From NCBI GenBank assembly GCA_000146045.2, contig BK006946.2, positions 288,001-352,000 of the forward strand: 64,000 nt of DNA, written 5' to 3'. The notes beneath the pieces are model-generated. The model had not been told where the DNA came from. It did not search any database and was given only the letters and a program-made list of their open reading frames with translations. Source of the DNA: TPA_inf: Saccharomyces (Eukaryota). The stretch's first letter is position 1. The number at the start of each line of letters is the position of its first letter. This document shows, piece by piece, positions 22,208 through 36,235 of the stretch. A program made the position numbers and the translations under genes.

Positions 22208-23752
22208 ATGAACGAAGTTACTTGTTCCATAACTGGTGACAACCCAATTCATAAGATCAACAATGGATTAGGCTTGAAATGGAATAATCTGGGTAAATTC
22301 TCTGATTTTCAGACTAACGATAGCGCCGCGCGAGATGCTAGAACAATAGATTACATCTTTACCAATTGTCAAACCGGCAGCAGTATTGGTAAGATAGATT
22401 TTCGGGCCGCACTACCGGCAGATAAATCTCAACATAGTGGTGTCAGCGAAAAAGAATTTTCAAGACTTGAGAACCAGTGGTCAAAGGAATTCTCTTGTTT
22501 CCCCAAGAATAAAAATGCTGATGTGACCAAGCCCAGTAGAAACAAACATGAGAAACGCTCCGCTAATTTGCACAATAGGTACTTTGCACAATATTATAGT
22601 ACGGCATATCAGCAAAATCGTATATATCCTTGTCGAATATCTTACAATGAACACTCATCTGTTTCTAATGGCTGGGAATTTCAGTTCAAATCAATCGAAA
22701 ATCAGTTACTAAATGAGCTAAAGATAGAAAACAATGTAGAAGAAAAAACTGTTGGTTATGAATATGTGGCAGAATACGAAGAAACAATTGATTTCATGCA
22801 TATGCTGTCATCCGTACCACAAACATATCAATTCCTAAAATCAAACATCTACATAACGGAACGGGACCCATATAAAATAGGATGTGTACTAATGGACAAC
22901 GGTTCCAATTTGAACGAAGTAGTAATGGCCTTTGAAGCAGCCATTTCACAAGATCCAAGCCATATAAATGCATGGTTGAAGTTAGGTATAGTTAATTTTG
23001 AAAATGAAAGCGAAAGCAATGGAGAGCTTGCTTTGCGAAATTGCTTAAATTTGGATCCAAATAATACAATTGCATTGGAAAACTTAGCAATTCACCATAT
23101 AAATCAACAAAATGAATCAGAGTCATTGAAACTTTTTCACAAATGGATTCTTTCAAAATTTTCGAAGGTTTTCCAACCTTCTGCGGGGGAAAACAAAGAT
23201 AGCATTAATAAAATTCCGAAAAAGGCCCATTTGGCGCATATTCTAGAATCCCTGTTGAATATGGGTATAGAAAAAAAAGATCAGTATGATATATATTCAG
23301 TATTATCAATCTTATATTATTCGGATCAGAAAATAAAGCAATCTCAGAAATGCTTAGAGTTTTTACTACTGGAAAAGCCCAATAATGGAACAATATGGAA
23401 TAGATATGGTGCTATTTTGGCCAATACTAAGTCGTATCACTCTGCGATAAATGCGTACAATAAATGCAAACAACTAAGACCGAATTTTACAAGGGTTCGT
23501 TATAATTTAGCGATCGCCTACATGAATAAGGGTGACTATGTAAAAGCAAGCAAAATGCTAATCGAAGTTATACTGTTACGAAGTAAAGGATATGAACACA
23601 ACAAAGCAAAAATGCAAAACAAATTTATGCAAAATTTAAAAAATGCTCTCATCGCTTCAAAAAATTTTGATTCACTTGATCTAATAAATGGTTCTCATAA
23701 TACAGAATCGTTAATATCAACCTTAAAAGCTATTTATAACAAAATGGATTAG
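22208..23752 (+). CDS. PEX9: TPR-repeat Pex5-like peroxisomal import receptor paralogue, 514 aa
   Basis: 514 aa with C-terminal TPR repeats resembling the Pex5 PTS1-binding domain (YMR018W). Confidence 0.8.
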
Positions 23753-24155
23753 GTTTTAGTTAATTTTTTTGCTATATAGTGCATTCAAAATAAAAAAAAT
23801 TAAAGCTGAAACAAACCAAATATGCTATTGGACGTTCGAAAAGCTAATTGCGTAAAGGAACACTAAACACAGCAAGCTTATGCTAGTTCTTCTCAAAAAT
23901 ATAAGTTCCTCTTGCAAGAATATGAAGGTAATTTCACTTTATCGCGCAAGTGCATATTTCTGAGTTTACTATGTGCTTCGTCTGAAACCTCTCATTATCT
24001 ACTTAATATCGGCTATTCATCTCACGTATTCACGTAATATTTGATTTTTGTACTACTATTTCTCTCTGTCATACGTGCATGATACATTTCCTTGTTCAAA
24101 TTAAAAGAGTCACCGTCAGCCTCTCAAAACAAAGAAAAAAGATACCCGGCTGAAC

Positions 24156-27005
24156 ATGAGTATCAATCATGAAATATATTATATACTTGTATTTGAGCAT
24201 CGTTCAGTAGCAATCAAGCTCATCATCGTAGTGATTGTTCTCCTTCAGTTTTTTTTAGCACGAAGTCGGCAAATTGATAGGACATGGGCCCATACTAATA
24301 GAAAGGAACGGTTCAGAGAAATGACAGCTATCGGGAATACTGATGATGCACTTGATACTAGTACAGCCGCAAGTAAAGAAAATGGAAAAGGTAGACTCAG
24401 GGTTCAAAAAGCTTGTGAACTTTGCAAGAAGAGAAAGGTTAAATGCGACGGTAACAATCCTTGTCTGAACTGCTCTAAACATCAAAAAGAATGCCGTTAT
24501 GATTTCAAAGCTACAAACCGTAAAAGAAGAAGACGACAGGTCGCATCAGCTGTTCGGGACGTTAGTAAGACATATGCAGAAACCAGTGAGTCTTTTCCTA
24601 GGGACTTGTTAAGTAAATCAAATATTATCATAAATGCCCCCTCAGATGGTGTATCTTCGTCTGCTAGCAACTCTCCCAATCCAAATTCACATTATCATCA
24701 TATATCATCCACTTTACCCTTCATGAGCGGTAGGCCAAACCATACATTCCATTCCGGAAGCAACTTAAATGGAGAAAATAACAATAACAGTTTTCCGGAG
24801 GATCACATGGCTAAATTACTTCTGCAATTGAGTTCAAAATTGGGGAATACGACCAAGGAATCGTCAATTAGAACAACTAGAACCAATGCTAGTGATGTGA
24901 ATGCAAACCCGACAGTGGTCAACATGAAAAATAGTCAGGAAGACTGTGACACGAATCACAGGTCTGCAATATGTGACTCTGCAGAGGCTCTTCATAATAA
25001 CAACATCAATTCTAAAGAGAATAAGATAATCAACTCTCAAATAACTAACACTGTTAATGATCACTTTGAATCACCCTGGCAGACATTTTCTTTAGATAAG
25101 TATAGGTTTCACCGACGCTACCAAAATATTCTGCCCTATTACCTTGGTGTATCTATTTTAAAGGATCTATCTCCGCAGACAATAGAGTACGCGAAGTTGA
25201 AAAGGCCAAGAGTTCAAAACTATGGTTGGAACTTGTCAGGAGGCCATTACTTAAAGTATAAGGGTGACTTTAGAAGCCAAGAAAAAAATATAAGGCATGA
25301 GTCTAAATTTTTCGACTTTGATGACCCTGTTCACTTATCCTTAATCAATAAGTTACTAAGGTATTATTTTGATGAGATCAATCCTGTTTTCAGTATCATT
25401 CACGAAGCGACATTTTGGCAGCAATATAACAATAAATTTCTACGGCAAGGTAAACAAAATAATTCATCTGCGAATCTATTCACTTCCATGCTTTATCTAA
25501 TTTTGTCTACTACACTAAGATTCAGAGAAGGGCATCTAGATGGTCAGAAAGGGCAAGGAACCTACAGTAACACATCCTTAAATATCACATTCGAGGAAAA
25601 ATCTATTTTGATCAAAAAACCCTCCATAGAGGAAAATTTATTCAAATACGCTTATTTAATAATCAACACGCTGACCTTTGAGTGGGAATCATTCGAACTA
25701 ATACAATCGTGGCTTTTGATAACCTTCTATTTCAGAACCTGTTACAGACAGACGGCGTGCTGGAACGCGTTAAGTCAAGCGGTGAACATGTGTAATGGGA
25801 TGAGTCTATATTTAAACAAATTTCCTGAGATCCATTCCACTTATGATGAATCAAAAGCATGGCATTGTTTCTGGTGTTGTTTTATAATGGATAAGTTGAT
25901 AAGTTTTCAAATGGGTCGATTCTACCAACTATCATTACCCGCGAGCGAGATGTGCGAACAGATGAATCTAGTGAAGTCAAAGAAATTTTTACAAGAAGAA
26001 GATGATTGGTTTCACGAAGAGACTTTTCAAATGCTTGATTTGTCCATAATAGTGACACAGTTTTTAAAAAGAGACGCACAGGATTTAAATTTGAACGAGA
26101 CCGTGCAATTGCGCAGCCAACTTGGTCAATGGTATGACACCTTTATAGTTGGAAGTCAAACCAATGCGTACGACGACAATTATCGTTACTTCTATCAAGT
26201 TCAACCATTCATGACATACCTGGATATAAGGCTGACTTTCGAAGTAAGACAATTATTTTGTCTAATCGCCCCCTCATCTACCGCAAATAATAAATCCCTA
26301 GAATATGTCGTCGATACTGAATTGTTAATTTCTCATTGTCAAATGGCTATTGAAAATTTGGCTGAAATTACGAGAAGTAATCTTTTCTTTGTTCCGTGGT
26401 GGTTAAACCTTTCTCAACTATTCACGGTAAATTTAATATGTATTATCTACCTGCACGCAGGGATTGCCGTAACTCAAAATAAAGCTATCATGCAAAGCTG
26501 CCAAGAAATATGGCGAACCTTAGAGTGCTCTAAGCCAAAAAATCGGCCTTCAATGCTTCCTGAGTGCTTGTGGTGTTTGAAAATGCTGAATCATATGTTC
26601 TGCATACGACTGAGAGATTCTGCTTTGCAATTGGAAGCTACTCTCGGAACTGATCATGGTGATGACACCCCTAATAGAAATAAGTTTGAGCAGTTCAAGA
26701 AAGTTGGCGATAATGATGCGGATGTTGAAGTTGATGCTGGTGAAAGAGAAGAAAATGCTGATGAAAGACAAGAAAATCCACATAACAATAGCAAAAGAGT
26801 ACCATTAGCTACTAGGTCTCATAATACCACTAACTTCGACGGTTCAATCGCAATTTCTCCGGAAAGTGCAGTAGCAAATCTAGGTACTGATACTGGATTG
26901 CCCTCAGATGTTCTTGATACTGTCAGTAAAATAGGGAACTCTCCTAATGTGTTTGATGATGATTTATTTTCCAATTTATTATGGTTTGACCAAAATTTTG
27001 CATAA
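24156..27005 (+). CDS. STB4: Zn2Cys6 binuclear-cluster transcription factor, 949 aa
   Basis: CELCKKRKVKCDGNNPCLNCSKHQKEC zinc cluster near the N-terminus, fungal transcription-factor middle homology region. 949 aa. Confidence 0.88.
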   Translation: MSINHEIYYILVFEHRSVAIKLIIVVIVLLQFFLARSRQIDRTWAHTNRKERFREMTAIGNTDDALDTSTAASKENGKGRLRVQKACELCKKRKVKCDGNNPCLNCSKHQKECRYDFKATNRKRRRRQVASAVRDVSKTYAETSESFPRDLLSKSNIIINAPSDGVSSSASNSPNPNSHYHHISSTLPFMSGRPNHTFHSGSNLNGENNNNSFPEDHMAKLLLQLSSKLGNTTKESSIRTTRTNASDVNANPTVVNMKNSQEDCDTNHRSAICDSAEALHNNNINSKENKIINSQITNTVNDHFESPWQTFSLDKYRFHRRYQNILPYYLGVSILKDLSPQTIEYAKLKRPRVQNYGWNLSGGHYLKYKGDFRSQEKNIRHESKFFDFDDPVHLSLINKLLRYYFDEINPVFSIIHEATFWQQYNNKFLRQGKQNNSSANLFTSMLYLILSTTLRFREGHLDGQKGQGTYSNTSLNITFEEKSILIKKPSIEENLFKYAYLIINTLTFEWESFELIQSWLLITFYFRTCYRQTACWNALSQAVNMCNGMSLYLNKFPEIHSTYDESKAWHCFWCCFIMDKLISFQMGRFYQLSLPASEMCEQMNLVKSKKFLQEEDDWFHEETFQMLDLSIIVTQFLKRDAQDLNLNETVQLRSQLGQWYDTFIVGSQTNAYDDNYRYFYQVQPFMTYLDIRLTFEVRQLFCLIAPSSTANNKSLEYVVDTELLISHCQMAIENLAEITRSNLFFVPWWLNLSQLFTVNLICIIYLHAGIAVTQNKAIMQSCQEIWRTLECSKPKNRPSMLPECLWCLKMLNHMFCIRLRDSALQLEATLGTDHGDDTPNRNKFEQFKKVGDNDADVEVDAGEREENADERQENPHNNSKRVPLATRSHNTTNFDGSIAISPESAVANLGTDTGLPSDVLDTVSKIGNSPNVFDDDLFSNLLWFDQNFA

Positions 27006-27343
27006 GGATTCTTTTTCTATTCCATAAAACCATTTTATGGACACGTTTACCTACATATTATTATATTGTATATAAGATGTTGAAAAAATTGAGTCAACCT
27101 CACCTTACCACATGTTGGTCCGTTGCTATGACAAACTCTCGTTTTACAAGAAGGAGGCTCAAATTTCGGGTCACCCACCCATATACGGATGTCACGCTAT
27201 GAGATCTTTTAAACAATAGACAATTTTTGGTATCCTAAAGATATAAAAGAGGAGTTTTTTTAAACCATGGTAACTATTTTCAAATTTGCTCTGCTGCAGT
27301 TTTTTATTTCTGTTTTTCTTTTTTTGTTCCCAACAAGAAGTGA

Positions 27344-28903
<1,560 letters not shown>

Positions 28904-29164
28904 AATCTATTTTTTCGAAATTACTTACACTTTTGACGGCTAGAAAAGGATATACATACATATTAAAATTTTTAGTAACACTCTGTGCTTTTTCAAAAAT
29001 TTGAGGTACACCTAATTCTCCCACTTGTTGCTTATACCAAGTTTGAACAATTTTAATGTTAAGCACAATAGATTGGAATATTATCATATGGTGGTTCAGA
29101 GAGTAGTAGGGTGCATTTTCATTCCTGTTGCCTCAATGTGTTTTCTATCTGTATTTACGTGATT

Positions 29165-30418
29165 TTATGAAGTGGTGGCATCGCTTAGATGTGGTGCATA
29201 ATTAGAGACTAATTTTTGAAACCACGCATGAATGTCAAGTAATTCTAACTGAGCATCTGTCATCAATGGCACTTGCAACTTCAAAAAATCCCACCAATAT
29301 TTTGACGGCACCAATTTACCTTTGAATTTTATTTGAGTTTTCCTTGTTAATCTTGCATTCAGAATTCCATAGAAAAAGAATTTTTCAAATGGAATTATAT
29401 TTGTAGAGTGAGAAAAACATCCATCACAAGTGCAGTTATCCGGAGGACATATGCATTCCTTGTCAGTGCATTTACAATCATCCAAATAATCCATCATCTT
29501 ATCAGTAATTTGAGCTTCACCAATATTGGTTAAAGGAACACCACTTTGTTGAATATAAGAATTCAGTTCCTCTTCGCTTCTATGGATTAGACAATTAACA
29601 CATGGGCAGCTTTCATCTTCACAAGAGCACTGCGTGCTTAAAAAAATGCCCTTATGAGTCAGGACTTCAACTTTCGAAGCAACGTCGCTTGAATGAGGAG
29701 CAGCAATCGTTGTTGTACTTTGTGGGGTGAGTGTTTCTGAACTGTCATGCGCACCAGGAACAGAACTATTGTAGTTTTCTTGTAAAATATCGTTAAAAGC
29801 GGACGTAGATTCCAAGGAGCCGTATGGCGTAAATATGTCATCAGACGGTGCCTTGTTCGTCTTGCCATTAGAAGCTGGGTTCTGTGATTTATCTTTCTTA
29901 CAGCAGTTTGAAAAATGTCGTATAGGCTCCTGTTGAAGCCGGCTTCGCTCTTTCTTCTCACTTGAAGAAGATGACTTGGTAGAGTCCGGAGATATTGTTC
30001 CTGTTGCCGGAGCTTTGGGAGAGTGTTTCCTAAGAAACTCCGTTTCGGTGATATATTTGTTACCATCATCGGTAAATGTGCTAATATCTTTAGGCTCATG
30101 AGCAGTGAAACCTTCCTCCATTAATATATGCAATTTTCCGTTTATCATTCTTGCCTTTCTAACAGCAGAGGCACGTACAAACAGTATTGGCTGTTGATTC
30201 ATTGCGCTGCAGCAGTCACCTTCAATTTGTGCACCATTTTCGTATTCTGTACTTTGCGATGTAGAGTCTACTAAAATAGCGTCTCTGATAGCCATGGGTG
30301 AAGGTCTTCCTCTAGTTCTCACCTTAATTAGCATTCGGTGAGAATGCCTGCATGTTGAAGAGCGATGCCCTCTGATGCACGATGCACACGCATATTTGTT
30401 CCCATTAAATATTATCAT
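29165..30418 (-). CDS. MAC1: Copper-sensing transcription factor, 417 aa
   Basis: N-terminal copper-fist (CASCIRGHRSSTCRH) and two C-terminal Cys-rich REP motifs (CxCxxxxCxCxxCxxH). Confidence 0.92.
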   Translation of the reverse strand: MIIFNGNKYACASCIRGHRSSTCRHSHRMLIKVRTRGRPSPMAIRDAILVDSTSQSTEYENGAQIEGDCCSAMNQQPILFVRASAVRKARMINGKLHILMEEGFTAHEPKDISTFTDDGNKYITETEFLRKHSPKAPATGTISPDSTKSSSSSEKKERSRLQQEPIRHFSNCCKKDKSQNPASNGKTNKAPSDDIFTPYGSLESTSAFNDILQENYNSSVPGAHDSSETLTPQSTTTIAAPHSSDVASKVEVLTHKGIFLSTQCSCEDESCPCVNCLIHRSEEELNSYIQQSGVPLTNIGEAQITDKMMDYLDDCKCTDKECICPPDNCTCDGCFSHSTNIIPFEKFFFYGILNARLTRKTQIKFKGKLVPSKYWWDFLKLQVPLMTDAQLELLDIHAWFQKLVSNYAPHLSDATTS

Positions 30419-30679
30419 CTCTGATAGAGCTTGAAGAACTTACCAGACTGTTTCAAGTTTAAAACAAGGCGCCTCATCGCATCTACCTCACGAAGATGCA
30501 GCAGCTTATTGTCTCGAGATCCTTCTTATAACTCCTTTTCGCCATTACCCGAAAACGAGATTACAGCCTCTAAACCAAGAGCTCGAAAAGCGCCAAAGTA
30601 AACTCTGGCGTTTAGCGTACGAAGGAGATTATCCTAAAAGGAACTTCCCTAGTAATAGTGTAATTTGGAAGGGCATAGC

Positions 30680-31177
30680 ATGTCGAAAACCGCTCAGAAA
30701 CGTCTCCTCAAGGAGCTTCAACAGTTAATTAAAGATTCTCCACCTGGTATAGTGGCTGGTCCCAAATCGGAGAATAACATATTCATTTGGGACTGCCTAA
30801 TTCAAGGGCCTCCAGATACGCCATACGCTGATGGTGTTTTTAATGCTAAGCTAGAGTTTCCTAAAGACTATCCGTTATCTCCACCTAAACTTACTTTCAC
30901 ACCCAGCATACTACATCCAAATATTTATCCAAATGGGGAAGTGTGCATATCCATTCTACACTCCCCTGGTGATGATCCTAACATGTACGAATTAGCGGAA
31001 GAAAGATGGTCGCCAGTGCAAAGTGTAGAAAAAATTCTATTAAGTGTTATGAGCATGTTGAGTGAGCCCAATATCGAAAGTGGTGCCAACATTGATGCTT
31101 GCATCTTGTGGAGAGATAATAGACCTGAATTTGAGAGACAGGTAAAGTTATCCATTTTGAAATCATTAGGATTCTGA
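30680..31177 (+). CDS. UBC7: ER-associated ubiquitin-conjugating enzyme (E2), 165 aa
   Basis: UBC fold with active site [15 protein letters not shown]. The track ORF begins at a TTG at 30665; the true ATG is at 30680. Confidence 0.92.
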
Positions 31178-31436
31178 AAGCAGGTAGCAGGTTAATGATC
31201 ATTTGGTCTTCCTTTTAACTGTTCTCTATATACATAAATAAGCATATCTACCATCTAAAAGAAAGCAAATGTCACATAATAAATATGTTAAAATCTCAAT
31301 GTCTTCCTGGCTTTTCAGGAATTCAAACCATTTCCATTTCGTTGGTGTATAATCAGGGGCCCCTCTACTCTCACCTCTCTGTACCGAAGCGTTAATCAAT
31401 TTTCTTTTATTTATATACACGATGATTGTAACTAGG

Positions 31437-33017
31437 TTATTTTCCTATACAAAATTTGCTGAACACTGAATCTAAGATTTCCTCAATACCAATAGCTTGT
31501 CCTGTTATCTTAGCTATTCCATCGGATGCATACCTCAAATTTTCTGTGGCCAATACTATATCATTATGGAAATCTTTGGATTTGAAAAACTCTTCCAAGC
31601 CGTACAGTACGTCGTTTTTGAGAATCTCTGACACTCTTTTGGAAACAATGACAGGACTTGCATCGGCACTTGATTGAGACAAGCTTTCAAAATTACTTGT
31701 CAAAGTGCTAATTAACGATTCTATTCCCTCCTTGGTCTTACAGGACACGCTTAATATGGGGTACTTTGATCCGAGTCTAGTTTGTAATTTGTTCAAAACT
31801 TTCGTCATCTCATCATCGGAAACTAAGTCGCTCTTATTGACTACAATAATTATTCTCTTATTTCCAAACGTCTTCGATGATAGATGTGCTAATATGTCCT
31901 CAGGCAAAAGTTTTGATAAATCAGTAGGATCTACAATGAATAAACATAAGTCGCTCTGTACACTTTTCTTCTTTGCTCTATCTATACCCAGCATTTCTAT
32001 CTTGTCAGAACTCTTTTCTCTTATACCTGCCGTATCACAGATAATAACCTTATAGCCATTCACGTTTATCATTGCATCAATAGAATCCCTAGTAGTGCCA
32101 GGTATATCACTGACAATTGATATATCATCGTTAGTCAAGCTGTTAACTAATGATGACTTACCGACATTGGGAGCACCAAGTAATACCAGCTTTATTCCAT
32201 TTTGCAGTATGGTAGACTTTTCGACTTTTTGCATGAAAGTAACGATTTGGTCTCGCAGACATATGATGTTCTTTTCTACATTATGGAAAATCTCATCCGT
32301 ATTCTGAATTTCTTGGCTATTATCGTCGGCAAAATCTATTATAGCAGTCAACTGTGCCATATTCTCGATAATGGTTTCCCTCCAGTTCTCAAATAGGATT
32401 TTGTTATCCCCATTGAAACTTGACAAGGCAGATCTCCTTTGAGATTCTGTTTCCGAATCAATAAGATCTTTGATACCTTCAAGTTGGGTAAGGTCAAACT
32501 TTCCATTTTGAAACGCCCTCCTGGAGAAGTCGCCAGGCAAGGCAAATCTTATATCTTTACCACTGCTTCTATCGTGTAACGAGCCGATAGCTTTCAGTAT
32601 ACTATTAACTACGGCTTTCCCGCCGTGAACGTGCAGCTCTAACACATCCTCACCAGTAAATGAATAAGGAGCTTGGAAATATAGCAACAACGATGTGTCT
32701 AATAATATTTTACTTTCCTTTTGATCATGAGGTTTCACACTACAAGAGGACGGCGAATAAATGTTCCTCAAAATAGCCTTCCTGATCGGCGGAACTGTAC
32801 TTGAATCAACTAGTCGATTGTAAATGTACTTAGCATGGGTACCAGATATTCTTATGATTGCTATCGCAGAGGTTTGATTTGCTGGTGTAGATAATGCATA
32901 TATGGTTGGTTGCTGGAAGGTATAAGGCTTTGCAAGTCCGGAGTACCTCTTTAACGACCTTCTTACGAGAAAGGATCTCGAAATAAGCCGTGATTGTAAG
33001 AAAGATGCACTATTCAT
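31437..33017 (-). CDS. MSS1: Mitochondrial tRNA-modification GTPase (TrmE/MnmE family), 526 aa
   Basis: G1 motif GAPNVGKSSL, G-domain motifs DTAGIR and NKSD, C-terminal CIGK tetrapeptide characteristic of MnmE. Confidence 0.92.
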   Translation of the reverse strand: MNSASFLQSRLISRSFLVRRSLKRYSGLAKPYTFQQPTIYALSTPANQTSAIAIIRISGTHAKYIYNRLVDSSTVPPIRKAILRNIYSPSSCSVKPHDQKESKILLDTSLLLYFQAPYSFTGEDVLELHVHGGKAVVNSILKAIGSLHDRSSGKDIRFALPGDFSRRAFQNGKFDLTQLEGIKDLIDSETESQRRSALSSFNGDNKILFENWRETIIENMAQLTAIIDFADDNSQEIQNTDEIFHNVEKNIICLRDQIVTFMQKVEKSTILQNGIKLVLLGAPNVGKSSLVNSLTNDDISIVSDIPGTTRDSIDAMINVNGYKVIICDTAGIREKSSDKIEMLGIDRAKKKSVQSDLCLFIVDPTDLSKLLPEDILAHLSSKTFGNKRIIIVVNKSDLVSDDEMTKVLNKLQTRLGSKYPILSVSCKTKEGIESLISTLTSNFESLSQSSADASPVIVSKRVSEILKNDVLYGLEEFFKSKDFHNDIVLATENLRYASDGIAKITGQAIGIEEILDSVFSKFCIGK

Positions 33018-33132
33018 AAATAGAATACTTATTAACCATATATAACATTCTCTAAGTAGATAGCAGTCGTATGGAATATTGCTGTATCTTCATGTAACCT
33101 CGTAAAAGACGTTATATATGGGTTAGTTAGCC

Positions 33133-33146
33133 AAAAAAATAAAAAA
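33133..33146 (-). terminator. Pol III terminator T-tract downstream of tRNA-Ala (A-run on the + strand)
   Basis: aaaaaaataaaaaa lies immediately 3' of the tRNA on the - strand. Confidence 0.7.
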
Positions 33147-33219
33147 TGGACGAGTCCGGAATCGAACCGGAGACCTCTCCCATGCTAAGGGAGCGCGCTA
33201 CCGACTACGCCACACGCCC
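33147..33219 (-). tRNA. tA(AGC): tRNA-Ala (anticodon AGC), 73 nt
   Basis: The reverse complement reads GGGCGTGTGGCGTAGTCGGTAGCGCGCTCCCTTAGCATGGGAGAGGTCTCCGGTTCGATTCCGGACTCGTCCA. This is the canonical yeast tRNA-Ala, with the G3:U70 identity pair. Confidence 0.93.
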
Positions 33220-33328
33220 GATTTGTATTGAAGACTTTGAAGAAGTATAGAAAACATAAATGTAGGATACATTTTTAAACTTTTATTAATGAAACCAATT
33301 TGAAGACATGTGGCAACCCGTGTTACTC

Positions 33329-33351
33329 ATATATATATATATATATATATA
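33329..33351. repeat. (AT)n dinucleotide microsatellite, about 11 units
   Basis: Perfect atatat... run seen directly, about 110 bp upstream of tRNA-Ala. Confidence 0.9.
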
Positions 33352-33847
33352 CAACTATCAGAAGATTATCAATCTAATAGATCTTTAACGCCGCCTCAGT
33401 ACTTTCTGAACTGCAAGTAGAATATTTTTTTCTGGAATCGGCACATTCACATTCAGACGTATACGATGTCAGCACTTAGATTGCTACTATAGCAACTCAT
33501 TTATTATTAATCCCCATTCGTTCCGATATGGATGGCATATTATTACCTTTAAGAAAGGTGGAGTTCCAAAGATTCATCAATTTTACTGTTTATAGAAAAC
33601 GTTACGGAAAGATGAAAAGTAAACACCAAGGTCTCTTATGCCTTGACATAAAGAATACGGAATAGAATGATTGTAGACGCAACAAGATGAATAATTAATG
33701 GCAAATTATTATCCTATTAGATATAAATTACAGTCGCTTTAATGCGTGATTATAGAAAAGGTCCTTACAATATGCAGCCGGGTAAAGAGTGAAGTTTCCC
33801 GCCTCTGAAAAAGAGCAATACTAAAATAATCTGAAAAGAATTGGTGA

Positions 33848-35047
<1,200 letters not shown>

Positions 35048-35299
35048 TTCTGTGTTTGCCATTTTGTAGATAGAGAACTCCTTAACCAGAATACATTCTT
35101 GTACATATATATATACACGTTGGTACGATATGCGTTTACTTTATGTGTACTAAAATATATAAAAGTGAACAGAAGCATGTTCCTTGTTTACTACTATATC
35201 TTACCAGGAAACAGACAAAAAAAAAAAAGACTTGCTATATTTAAAGAGAACGCACATTTGTGAGGGGATAATAACACAAAGCAAAGTAATATAGGGTAA

Positions 35300-36187
35300 A
35301 TGGACCTCCTAAAATTCAGTTCTCTAGCTATATCAGAAATTAACTTCCTGCACGAGTCATCGTTTGACTCGATAGACCACTCTTGGTTTTTATTGATAGG
35401 TTGCAAATTGGATCAAGATGATGAAATTTACATCCCAATAAATGGTAATGAAGCAGAGTCTCAATGGTATATTGAAAAAGTTATACGAATCCCGATGCAG
35501 GAAAATGATAAAATAAATCAAGAACGCCTAGAAAGGAGAATTAACCTAACAAAAGTGACTCAAAAGGACATTTGTATACTGGGTATTCTTGATTTATGTC
35601 AGTTAGAAGAGGACGAAAATATCACTAATAAAGTGACGGAGAAAGTGCTCACCCAATTGACCGCCTTGGCATTGAAATATCTGATAAAATATAACGTGTT
35701 TCGCCAACATACCTCCTTCCAAGAAGCTGTCAATAGTTTAAAGGGTTATAAAATTGAAAATAGTGTACAGATAGGCGCGGAAATTATCCTTGATTTTCTA
35801 CAAGATAAAGTGCAAATTAAGGATGTAAATGACAGATACCAAATTCCCACACCTAATAATACCGTAGACCCAGGTTTTGATGAGTTTCAATTAATTGACA
35901 TGAAGGATAAAGAAATCAATATTCAAAAATATAATAATAATACCATAAGAAAATTACTCGAGAAGATTAATCGAATGATAATATTCTTGAAAAATTATGA
36001 TGCCACTGACAAGCCTTTCTCTTCCACGCAAGATGTAATACTTCGAAAAATATCAATGCTTGTAACACAACTGCAAAGAGGTGGAACAAGTGACATGAAT
36101 TACCTGCTGGATAACAAAATTAATGAAATAAAATTATTAGAAATTTCGTGTAAACAATGGGAAATTTCAAATATGTTAAAAAAATAA
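35300..36187 (+). CDS. CSI1: COP9 signalosome-associated subunit, 295 aa
   Basis: Size, position and sequence consistent with YMR025W. No strong motif. Confidence 0.7.
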   Translation: MDLLKFSSLAISEINFLHESSFDSIDHSWFLLIGCKLDQDDEIYIPINGNEAESQWYIEKVIRIPMQENDKINQERLERRINLTKVTQKDICILGILDLCQLEEDENITNKVTEKVLTQLTALALKYLIKYNVFRQHTSFQEAVNSLKGYKIENSVQIGAEIILDFLQDKVQIKDVNDRYQIPTPNNTVDPGFDEFQLIDMKDKEINIQKYNNNTIRKLLEKINRMIIFLKNYDATDKPFSSTQDVILRKISMLVTQLQRGGTSDMNYLLDNKINEIKLLEISCKQWEISNMLKK

Positions 36188-36235
36188 CTAGAATATATAT
36201 ATTACACAGAATTATTTTCTTCACTTCCTCCGTCA

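Noticed and set aside
30665-30679. 5' extensions on track ORFs (UBC7 MEGHS, FMS1 MR, IMP2 MYCTV, YET2 first M, PEX12 first M, FAR8 [12 protein letters not shown]9 MNEETF)
   Set aside because: The listed start positions are TTG or GTG codons when read in the sequence, so the track allows non-ATG starts. Real proteins begin at the first downstream ATG, or for ARP9 at an upstream spliced exon.
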